Part shown: positions 1-7,862 of the stretch, one piece after another
Numbering within the stretch: position 1 is the first letter of the stretch
Layout of the letters: each line of letters begins with the position of its first letter
The notes under the pieces: generated by a model
What the model was told of the DNA's origin: nothing
The model's input: only the letters and a program-made list of their open reading frames with translations
The model's database searches: none
Position numbers and translations under genes: made by a program
Origin: an uncultured Methanosarcinales archaeon
Lineage (GTDB): Archaea; Nanobdellota; Nanobdellia; Woesearchaeales; GW2011-AR9
Reading direction: 5' to 3'
Assembly (NCBI GenBank): GCA_964439765.1
Contig: CAYTOG010000003.1
Coordinates: 1 to 46,184, forward strand
Length of the DNA: 46,184 nt

Positions 1-124
1 TTAGATAAAAGAGATTGACGCAAAGAATTACAAACAAAAGATATTTTTTTAAGATCTGAAATATAAGTAAAATCTTCTCTATCAATTATTTTAGTAAAAT
101 TTACTATTTTTTTAAATGCCATTA

Positions 125-1474
125 TCATCCACCAAATCCTTTAGGCAACTTTCCTTTCATCTTTTTCATCAAAGCTGAAGGATCTTTTTCTCCTTTGAAC
201 ATCTTCATCATTTTTTTGCTTTGGCGAAATTGTTTCAAGAGACCACGAACTTCACGAACGGGAACTCCAGAGCCTGAAGAGACTCTTTCAATGCGAGAAC
301 TATTAAACAAATCTGGATGTTCTTTTTCTTCTTCAGTCATAGAATCCATTGAAAATTTCCATTTCTCAAGCTTTTCTTCTTGGACATCAATCATATCTTT
401 AGGTAACTTCAAAGAGCCCATACCTGGAATCATCTCCATTAACTTTCCAAGTGACCCCATTTTTTTCATGGAAGACATTTGTTCATACAAATCATTAAGA
501 TTAAAATCGCCACTCATAAATTTCTCAGTCATATCTTTGGCACTATCCTCAGAAATCGCATCGCGTGCTTTTTCAAGAAGTGTTTCTAAATCTCCCATAC
601 CAAGAAGACGACCAACGAATCGTTTTGGGTGAAACACTTCAAGATCTTCAGTTTTCTCTCCAATTCCGATAAACATTATAGGTGCACCAGTTACTGCACA
701 TGCTGAAAGTGCACCACCACCTTTTGCGGTACCTTCAAGTTTTGTAACAACAACTCCTGTGACTGCACAAGTATCATGAAACATCTGTGCTTGTTTTTGT
801 GCAGCTTGTCCAATATCTGCGGATAGAACAAGTAGTTTTTCATCAGCACCAACAACTGAATGAATTGATGTTAACTCCTCAATCAATTCATCACTAAGAG
901 CATCTCTACCTGCAGTATCAACAAGAACAAGATCATACTCTTTTAACTTCGAAGAATATTTTTCATAAATAACAGCTGGATCTTTCTCATTTTTTTCTCC
1001 ATAAAAATCAACACCAACGTCACTTGCGAGTTGTTTTAATTGCTCAAAGGCAGCTGGCCTCCAAGTGTCTGTTTGAATCATTGCAACTTTGAGACCACGT
1101 TTTTTGTAGTAACGTGCAAGTTTACCGCATGTTGTAGTTTTCCCAGAACCAAAGAGTCCAACAAGCATAATTGTTGTTGGTTTCTTTGAAATAACAATTT
1201 CACGGGTTTCCTTCCCAAGGAATTTGACCATTTCTTCATAGACAATGTTAATCAAATATTCGCGTTGAGTAATTCCAGCTGGTGCTTTCTGGCGAGCTCT
1301 TTCTTTGATGTTTTTAGCTAGATCAAAGACTAATTTCACATTAGTATCGCTCTGCAGAAGAGCTCTCTGAATATCTTTGACAAGTTCGTTGATAATTTTT
1401 TCATCAACAAGGCCAACACCAGTAATTTTTTGAAGTGTTGCCCGAAGACTGTCTCCTAGTTTGTCTAGTACCAT
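125..1474 (-). CDS. srp54: Signal recognition particle 54 kDa protein (NG GTPase + M domain)
   Basis: [10 protein letters not shown]-loop, [24 protein letters not shown] and a Met-rich C-terminal M domain. Confidence 0.97.
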   Translation of the reverse strand: MVLDKLGDSLRATLQKITGVGLVDEKIINELVKDIQRALLQSDTNVKLVFDLAKNIKERARQKAPAGITQREYLINIVYEEMVKFLGKETREIVISKKPTTIMLVGLFGSGKTTTCGKLARYYKKRGLKVAMIQTDTWRPAAFEQLKQLASDVGVDFYGEKNEKDPAVIYEKYSSKLKEYDLVLVDTAGRDALSDELIEELTSIHSVVGADEKLLVLSADIGQAAQKQAQMFHDTCAVTGVVVTKLEGTAKGGGALSACAVTGAPIMFIGIGEKTEDLEVFHPKRFVGRLLGMGDLETLLEKARDAISEDSAKDMTEKFMSGDFNLNDLYEQMSSMKKMGSLGKLMEMIPGMGSLKLPKDMIDVQEEKLEKWKFSMDSMTEEEKEHPDLFNSSRIERVSSGSGVPVREVRGLLKQFRQSKKMMKMFKGEKDPSALMKKMKGKLPKGFGG

Positions 1475-1536
1475 TATGTCTTACTGTAGCGTGGCTCCTT
1501 TAAAAACCTTTCAATAAGAAGAATAAAGAAAAGAAG

Positions 1537-1611
1537 TGAGCCCGAGAGGATTCGAACCCCTGACCTGCCGGTCCGAAGCCGGCCGCAATATCCAGACTAT
1601 GCTACGGGCCC
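1537..1611 (-). tRNA. tRNA-Arg (anticodon TCG), no intron, CCA not encoded
   Basis: The reverse complement folds as a cloverleaf: acceptor GGGCCCG/CGGGCTC, anticodon arm GCCGG-CT TCG GA-CCGGC, T-loop GTTCGAATC. Confidence 0.95.
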
Positions 1612-1798
1612 ATAGTTTGTGTAACTCAAAACCAACTGTTCATTTAAATTACTTTTGCCTCATTGCCTCATTCTATAAGAAACAAGTTCAAAATATCAAT
1701 TATTTTAACTGAATGTAAAACTAAATTTTAAAATAGTGATACCACAACCCTTAAATACGCTAAAAAGGTCTTTTATTATTAGAAAACGGTGGATTTGG

Positions 1799-3487
1799 AT
1801 GGGTACCAAACAAAAAGTAAAGCAAAAGGTAGATAGTGTTGTGAGGCTTAAGCAGATTGCTTCAGTATTCTTCGAATTAGAACTCTATCATTTAATTGAA
1901 ATGTTCTCATTGAAATATCATCTTCCTTGGCATAAGCGTTTTCATAAGCATGAGGGGATTATTGAAACACAACCAGAAACAGTTAGAGAGATATTTGAAA
2001 GATTGGGTGGGGCGTTTCTAAAATTAGGTCAACTTCTTGCTCTAAGGCCAGATCTTGTTGGAATTGAATATGCTAAAGCATTTGAAAAACTTTTAGAACA
2101 TGTTGAACCTGTTGAGTGGGATGAAGTTAAAGAGCAAATTGAAAAACATTTACCAAAAGGAGTACAAACATTCAAAAAAATAGAAAAAACAGCAATTGCA
2201 AGTGGGTCAATTGCACAAGTGCATAAAGCAGAGTTATATGATGGCACAGTTGTTGCAGTTAAAGTTTGTAGGCCTAACATAAAGAAGAAATTTAAAAGTG
2301 ATATCTCAATATTATACTCATTTACAAGGGTTCTAAGCAAGCGTTACAATTTAGGATTCATGGATCCAGAGAAAGTAATTCAAGAATTTGAAGAGTACAC
2401 ACTGAAGGAATTAGATTTAAATCATGAAGCCCGTAACATGAAACGTTTTGCAAGAAATTTTTCAAATGATCCAACGGTTCATATACCTGAGATATACACA
2501 AAGTTATCTAATGAGAAAATCTTAGTTATGGAATACATTAATGGGGAAAAACTAATTAAAAAACGACCCCATGGTCAGAACAAAGAGATAATAGAAAAAT
2601 TAACTTCTGCTGTGTATACTCAACTATTTGAACACGGTTTTTTCCATGCGGACTTACATCCAGGAAATATTTTTGTATTACCTGCAAAGAAAGGGAAAAA
2701 AAAATCAGAGATACAAATTGCCTTCCTTGATTTTGGAATAGCAGGATACATTGATTCTGTCCTAAAAGATCAAATGGGTGAGTTGTTTGTTGCACTTGTT
2801 CAGGGGAGTTTAGAAAAAACTGCAATGGCACTAATTTCTTTGAATACAACAAAAAGTAATCCTAATTTACGAGAGCTAGAAATAGGTATTTATCATGCAA
2901 TTGGGGAATTTTATGGATTACCTTTAGATGAGATGCCAGTAGCTGAGATGTTCCATAATTGTATTGATGTAGCAAGGAAAAACAAGATTTCTCTTCCAGC
3001 TCAAATGGTATTGTTTAGTAAATCTCTTTTGACCTTGGATGGGTCTTGTCGTGAATTGGACCCACACTTTGATGTTGTTGGAGCAGCAACTCCTCATGTA
3101 AAAAAAATGATGGTACCTAATGTGGATTACAAAGAGTTACCACAAAAAACAGTTCTATTTATTTTAGAATTAAAGAAGATATTTGGGAGAGTACCACTCA
3201 CATTGCAGCAGTTAGATAGAAAGTTTACTTTGCTTGAACAACAAATGTCTGAGATTGATAAAACATTTCATTACCTCTCGCATGTTGTGTGGCGTGTTAG
3301 TAAAGTAGGGATTTATTCATTATTATTTGCAAGTTTTTTAGTAAGTGGTTCAATATTAATTAATGCGGGTCCACAGTATCACAACATATCTGTATATTCA
3401 ATAATCGCTGGTGGTGTTGGGGCCTTACTCTTATTCTTGATATTACTTACAATTCATGATAGAACTGATGTTGAGAGGAATAAATAA
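1799..3487 (+). CDS. ABC1/UbiB/AarF family atypical protein kinase with two C-terminal TM helices
   Basis: KLGQ (KxGQ), IASGSIAQVH, VAVKV, FHADLHPGN and LDFG motifs. ATG 1799 is preferred over GTG 1736 because GGTGGA lies just upstream of it. Confidence 0.92.
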   Translation: MGTKQKVKQKVDSVVRLKQIASVFFELELYHLIEMFSLKYHLPWHKRFHKHEGIIETQPETVREIFERLGGAFLKLGQLLALRPDLVGIEYAKAFEKLLEHVEPVEWDEVKEQIEKHLPKGVQTFKKIEKTAIASGSIAQVHKAELYDGTVVAVKVCRPNIKKKFKSDISILYSFTRVLSKRYNLGFMDPEKVIQEFEEYTLKELDLNHEARNMKRFARNFSNDPTVHIPEIYTKLSNEKILVMEYINGEKLIKKRPHGQNKEIIEKLTSAVYTQLFEHGFFHADLHPGNIFVLPAKKGKKKSEIQIAFLDFGIAGYIDSVLKDQMGELFVALVQGSLEKTAMALISLNTTKSNPNLRELEIGIYHAIGEFYGLPLDEMPVAEMFHNCIDVARKNKISLPAQMVLFSKSLLTLDGSCRELDPHFDVVGAATPHVKKMMVPNVDYKELPQKTVLFILELKKIFGRVPLTLQQLDRKFTLLEQQMSEIDKTFHYLSHVVWRVSKVGIYSLLFASFLVSGSILINAGPQYHNISVYSIIAGGVGALLLFLILLTIHDRTDVERNK

Positions 3488-3585
3488 AATAGTGATGTGA
3501 AGTATTATGTATCAGAAATATTACATTTGATCGAAACAAATATATAAGAAAAAAGGAACATACAGATGAACCTTGAGGTGACAAA

Positions 3586-3933
3586 ATGGTATTAAAAGAA
3601 TTAGAACTAATTGCAAAAGTTGGAATGAAGGCTGCGAGTATGGCTGGAATTAAAAAAGCAGACGTGGAAAAACATCTAGCACCACTTGTAAAAGCAAAAA
3701 AATTAACAAAAGCAGAGGCAAAAAGTTTTGCAAAAGATATAATTGCTGTTGGTAAGAAACATCATGCAAAAATACGAACGGCTGTTCAGAAGGAAGTCGA
3801 AAAAGGGCTTAAAAAACGTGGATATGTGAAAGCAAAACCAAAACGTAAAGCAGCAAAGAAAAAAGTTGTAAAGAAAAAGGCAGCAAAGCGCAAAGTAGCA
3901 AAGAAAAGAAAGCCTGCGAAGAGAAAGAAATAA
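3586..3933 (+). CDS. Phasin-like (COG3937-type) protein with a histone H1-like Lys/Ala-rich tail
   Basis: The N-terminal helix pattern (GMKAASMAGIKKADVEKHLAPLVKAKKLTKAEAKSFAKDII...VQKEVEKGLKKRG) resembles COG3937 phasins. The tail has KAAKKK/KVAKK repeats. SD GAGGTG at 3575-3580. It follows an ABC1 kinase. Confidence 0.6.
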   Translation: MVLKELELIAKVGMKAASMAGIKKADVEKHLAPLVKAKKLTKAEAKSFAKDIIAVGKKHHAKIRTAVQKEVEKGLKKRGYVKAKPKRKAAKKKVVKKKAAKRKVAKKRKPAKRKK

Positions 3934-4048
3934 TCTTATTGTTTTCTTTTTCTTTTTTTCTTTATTTTTTCTTCTAACCAGAACAGTTTTCATTAAAGAT
4001 AATCCGCTATTCCCGTAAACATTATAAACCTTAATTCCTTCTCTAACA

Positions 4049-4507
4049 TTGATGGTTGACAATAAGAAAAAAGTTAGTTCGGCTGGTAAGCAAACTGGGC
4101 ACCATGTTAAAAAGCATCTAGCAAAAATTCTTTCCTTGCAACTATTTTTCGCACTTTTATTTGGGTCTTTGGGATTTATTTTCTTTTATCTTGTAGGGCC
4201 AAAGATCGCGGTAGTAATTTCATTTATTATCCCAATAGGTAGTTTAACATCCCATGAATTAACTGCTATCACATTAGCAGTTATTGGTTTTGTAATTGCA
4301 AGTTTCCTAGCAGTGTACACTGTTGGCCAACATTATTATCTGAAAAAACAATTTTCAACTATTTTGATAGGGACCATTGCAACTTCCACACTTGCAATTA
4401 TTCTATTGTGGATTTTAAAGCAGAGTTTTTTAGTTCCAATATTAATAATGTCATTACTTGTAGCTTTATTTGGCTATCATAGTAATGAAGTAATTCCAAA
4501 AAAATAA
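4049..4507 (+). CDS. Hypothetical multi-pass membrane protein
   Basis: About four hydrophobic helices; co-oriented with neighbouring genes. Confidence 0.7.
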   Translation: MMVDNKKKVSSAGKQTGHHVKKHLAKILSLQLFFALLFGSLGFIFFYLVGPKIAVVISFIIPIGSLTSHELTAITLAVIGFVIASFLAVYTVGQHYYLKKQFSTILIGTIATSTLAIILLWILKQSFLVPILIMSLLVALFGYHSNEVIPKK

Positions 4508-4534
4508 CTGAAAAAAACATAACTGGTAACAAGA

Positions 4535-5794
4535 ATGAAAGAAGTAACTAGGCAAAGTTTAATCAAGGACATTGGTCACACTATAACTATTCTAGAGAGA
4601 AACAACTCAACGTCTCCAAAAGAACTCAAAATCTTAAGTGAACATGTAATTGAAGATGTTGCTTTGTATCGTAATGTGGATGCAATAACGCTTGCAATCC
4701 TCATTTATTCAATTTATAAATCCATTCTTTGTATCTCTGAAGATAAACATAAAGAAATGATTCAAAGATTAAAAGTTCTTCATTCAAACATTAAGGCAAA
4801 GAAATTCACCAAATATAATGAATCTATGAAACAATTATTTGAAGTATTACGGGCTTGTAATGCTGAAATTAAAAATCACATTCAAGATGTGTTCTATGCT
4901 GCAAAAATAAAGAAAGGAACAAACCTTCTTGAACAAGGTCTTTCACTTGCAAGAGCTGCAGATTTAATGGGGGTATCCAGGTGGGATGTTTTGCAGTATG
5001 GTGGGTCAAGCGTAACCAGAGTAGAACATACTGAAAGTTGGCCAGCTGTGAAGAGGCTAAATCTCGCACGAAAATTTTTTAGCAGTAAAGAAGAAGATAA
5101 ATCATTACTTGTTGATGCAGGACCAATCATAACATTAGCATTATCACAACTGTTGTGGGTGTTAAAACCACTGAAAGAGAAAACAGGAGTGACTTTTTAC
5201 ATAACAAACGCTGTATACTCAGAACTAGTTGAGAGGCCACAAACAATTAGCAGGTTTCAATTTGAAGCATTACATGTGCAAAAATTAATTCGTGATGGTG
5301 TTATAACCAAATATACTAAAGGGATTAACAAACAAACAACTAATAATTTAACACGCATTGCTAACAATTCGTTTCGAATTAAAGAAGGGCCATTAGAAGT
5401 TCTGCAAGCAGGAGAATTAGAAACTTTGGCATTAGCACTTGAAACCAAATCATTAATGTTAATGGATGAGAGGACCTTACGTCTTCTAATTGAGAAGCCA
5501 TCTGGGATGAAACGTTTGCTTGAAGGAAGAAAACGTAAGAAAGTGAAAAAGAATCCAGAGATGCTAGACAAGTTTAAACAGCTTGTTGGTAAGCCAGGGA
5601 TCATTCGTTCAATTGAGCTTATTGCAGTGGCTTTTGAAATGGGACTATTGGATGAATATTTGCCAATTGGGGAAGACAAAAACAAATCAAAAGAATCACT
5701 TCTTCACGCGGTTCTTTGGAATACAAAATATCATGGAGCATCTGTAATTGACCATGAAATTGATGAAATCATGCAAGATGTGTTGAAGAAATAA
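4535..5794 (+). CDS. Helical domain + UPF0175-like HTH fused to a PIN-domain nuclease (COG2405/DUF3368-like)
   Basis: HTH segment GLSLARAADLMGVSRWDVLQY. PIN acidic motifs LLVDAGPII, VYSEL, GELETLALA and MDER. Confidence 0.72.
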   Translation: MKEVTRQSLIKDIGHTITILERNNSTSPKELKILSEHVIEDVALYRNVDAITLAILIYSIYKSILCISEDKHKEMIQRLKVLHSNIKAKKFTKYNESMKQLFEVLRACNAEIKNHIQDVFYAAKIKKGTNLLEQGLSLARAADLMGVSRWDVLQYGGSSVTRVEHTESWPAVKRLNLARKFFSSKEEDKSLLVDAGPIITLALSQLLWVLKPLKEKTGVTFYITNAVYSELVERPQTISRFQFEALHVQKLIRDGVITKYTKGINKQTTNNLTRIANNSFRIKEGPLEVLQAGELETLALALETKSLMLMDERTLRLLIEKPSGMKRLLEGRKRKKVKKNPEMLDKFKQLVGKPGIIRSIELIAVAFEMGLLDEYLPIGEDKNKSKESLLHAVLWNTKYHGASVIDHEIDEIMQDVLKK

Positions 5795-5841
5795 ATTTCT
5801 GTAAAGAAACTTTTTTAAATCCTTAATCTCTCGAGTATACA

Positions 5842-6057
5842 ATGGAGAAAAAGTGCCTTGTGTGCAATGGAAACGCGGAGTATATGATCAAAGACTCCAC
5901 TGACTTTTACTGTGAGAGTTGCGCAACTGATTACTTCGCAGATTTAGATATGCTTTGCAAAGTTGAAGAGGAAGCACAGAAACTAAAAGAATTTCTTAAT
6001 GACAAAGTCACTTTAGATAAAGACGGCCAAGTTGTGTTTAAAGAAGAGGAGGAATAG
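5842..6057 (+). CDS. Small zinc-finger protein
   Basis: CLVC...CESC pairs, acidic tail, TATA-like TTTTAAAT upstream. Confidence 0.75.
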   Translation: MEKKCLVCNGNAEYMIKDSTDFYCESCATDYFADLDMLCKVEEEAQKLKEFLNDKVTLDKDGQVVFKEEEE

Positions 6058-6114
6058 TTTTTATCTTCTCAATCAAAACACATATAAACAGTTATTTCTT
6101 TAAGCAAAATCAAG

Positions 6115-6741
6115 ATGTATCAATACACAAAAAGTAAATCAATCAAGATTGGACCAATCAAAACAAGCAATGCAGAAATCCGTGATATTGGTAAAGCTTG
6201 GATTGCACTTTCATTTGCGTTCGCACTTTTGTTCTCTGGAATATATCTTTTAGGGGGAAGAAGTTTTAGTTATATCTTATCAACAAATTTCATGCTTATA
6301 TTTCTAGTGTCACTTGGAACAGCAGGACTTGGTTTCTTGCTCCATGAACTTGCACATAAGTTTGTAGCACAGCATTTTGGTTGTATGGCAGAATTCAGAG
6401 CATTTGATCAAATGATTGTTCTCGCTGTTGGGCTAGCTGCAGTAATTGGTTGGATCTTTGCAGCACCTGGTGCTGTTATGATCTCAGGGACTGTCACAAG
6501 AAAAGAAAATGGAATAATTAGTTTAGCGGGGCCTGCAATGAATTTTGCATTAGCAGCAATTTTTTGGTTTATTGCCCAGTCAATTCCTCTGTTTTCAGTA
6601 GGACATTTTGTGAATGCATGGCTTGGAATATTTAATCTGATTCCATTTGGTAATCTCGACGGGAAGAAAATCTTAAGCTGGAGTAAAGCTTGGTGGGTAG
6701 GTTCAGTAGCCCTCGGAATTTATTTATTGTTCTTTTTGTAA
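6115..6741 (+). CDS. Site-2 protease (peptidase M50 family) membrane metalloprotease
   Basis: HELAH zinc motif, AGPAMN, NLIPFGNLDG (NxxPxxxxDG) and several TM helices. Confidence 0.93.
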   Translation: MYQYTKSKSIKIGPIKTSNAEIRDIGKAWIALSFAFALLFSGIYLLGGRSFSYILSTNFMLIFLVSLGTAGLGFLLHELAHKFVAQHFGCMAEFRAFDQMIVLAVGLAAVIGWIFAAPGAVMISGTVTRKENGIISLAGPAMNFALAAIFWFIAQSIPLFSVGHFVNAWLGIFNLIPFGNLDGKKILSWSKAWWVGSVALGIYLLFFL

Positions 6742-6862
6742 TTTTTAGTGGGGCTGAAGCAAAGCGTAATGCCACACATTGCGTATCAAATGCGCGTAAC
6801 CATTTGGCTTGGTGGGTTGGAAGCGTAGTACTTGGAATTTATTTGTTGTTCTTTTTGTAATT
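6688..6862 (+). repeat. Hairpin cassette copy A flanked by a 56-bp imperfect direct repeat of the M50 gene 3' end (6688-6743 vs 6807-6862)
   Basis: 47/56 identity between the repeats. The insert holds the stem GTGGGGC..GAAGCAAAGCGTAA..GCCACAC and the 32-bp core ACATTGCGTATCAAATGCGCGTAACCATTTGG (6776-6807). Confidence 0.9.
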
Positions 6863-6885
6863 GTCTTCTATCGACATCTTTATAA

Positions 6886-7113
6886 GTGATTATTACTAAA
6901 ACAACTATTATGGCACTCACAAAAACAGATAAGGAATTATTACATATAATCGTACAAAAAGAATTATCTCAAATGCAATCTGACGCAAAAAAACTAATGA
7001 TTGTTAATGCAAATTACATCACAACAACAAAAGGTAATGGTGATTTAGAATTCTTAAAAACTGAAGAAAAGTATGAAGAAGCACTTAGAAAGTTACTTAA
7101 GAAACTTAAATAA
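6886..7113 (+). CDS. Small hypothetical helical protein (start may be ATG 6909)
   Basis: Open ORF with charged amphipathic composition and TTTATAA upstream. Confidence 0.65.
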   Translation: MIITKTTIMALTKTDKELLHIIVQKELSQMQSDAKKLMIVNANYITTTKGNGDLEFLKTEEKYEEALRKLLKKLK

Positions 7114-7257
7114 AATAATCTTTGATATATCTAATAATATTCAATAAAAGATAACAAGATTATGTGAAATCAACAACCCGAAATCCTTGTCAAAATGGCG
7201 AAATAAAGCCAAATTCTCCGTTTTTAATAGAAAACTATATATACTTCAATTATATTC

Positions 7258-7362
7258 GTTACTGGCACAAGGCAATTAATGCCATGTAACCAAGAGGTGA
7301 TGGGTTCTATTTAGAGGTGAATAGTTCTGTAACATTATTTCTTTGGAAAAGAGGTGGTTCAA
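7258..7362 (+). promoter_or_regulatory. Putative structured 5' leader with repeated AGAGGT motifs
   Basis: TATA-like CTATATATA at ~7235. Hairpin GTTACTGGCA..TGCCATGTAAC. Hairpin CTATTT-AGAGGT-GAATAG. GAGGTG occurs at 7294, 7314 and 7351. Confidence 0.45.
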
Positions 7363-7488
7363 GTGAAACAGTATGTGTTTCAAGAGGTAAAGAAGTTCAA
7401 AATACAGCGATGCTGTAAGAGTTGTAATACAAGGATGGTTGTGGAAAACGCAAACCGCTATTATTGCAAGGGATGTCGGGGCTATTAG
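7363..7488 (+). CDS. Unannotated 41-aa zinc-ribbon microprotein MKQYVFQEVKKFKIQRCCKSCNTRMVVENANRYYCKGCRGY
   Basis: GTG start 6 nt after SD GAGGTG. CKSC-x13-CKGC. The stop lies within the hairpin GGGCTATTAGCCC, which is followed by a T7 tract. Confidence 0.78.
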   Translation: MKQYVFQEVKKFKIQRCCKSCNTRMVVENANRYYCKGCRGY

Positions 7489-7590
7489 CCCTTTTTTTCT
7501 TCTTATGAGGTTGAGCAAAGCGAATACCTCATGCACTATCAAATGCTGCTGCATTTGGTCGTGGGCTTTTTAGCCCTTTCTTTTTTCTTT
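7475..7590 (+). repeat. Hairpin cassette copy B flanked by an imperfect duplicate of the microprotein end/terminator
   Basis: Stem ATGAGGT-TGAGCAAAGCGAAT-ACCTCAT, then TATCAAATGC-TGCT-GCATTTGG. GTCGGGGCTATTAGCCCTTT recurs as GTCGTGGGCTTTTTAGCCCTTT from 7558. Confidence 0.8.
7479..7498 (+). terminator. GC hairpin plus T-tract terminator
   Basis: GGGCTA-T-TAGCCC followed by TTTTTTT at the microprotein stop. Confidence 0.6.
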
Positions 7591-7862
7591 ATTGTAATTA
7601 AAATATATCTATAGCGCAAATAATTCTACTTGTTCATCAAATATTTCTATCAAAACTAAGACCTCAAGTACCCTATTAAACAGTGCAAAAGAATGCTTAT
7701 ATATCAGTTTGTTTCTGAAAATGCAAACATTCAGCAGGATATAATTCACTTAATTTTTGGGTTTTTTTGTTGTAGTTTTCCCGAACAAATATATTGCACA
7801 ACGACAAGATATTTAAAGTGAGTATTCTGATAAAAACTTAATTCAGATCAATTTCAAAAGGG

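Noticed and set aside
6688-6862. DGR variable/template repeat pair
   Set aside because: Mismatches are not confined to adenines of either copy, they are mostly synonymous, and no reverse transcriptase is in the window.
7258-7860. Cobalamin riboswitch upstream of nrdJ
   Set aside because: No B12-box or other conserved riboswitch core is recognisable; the region is explained by a microprotein, a terminator and cassette B.
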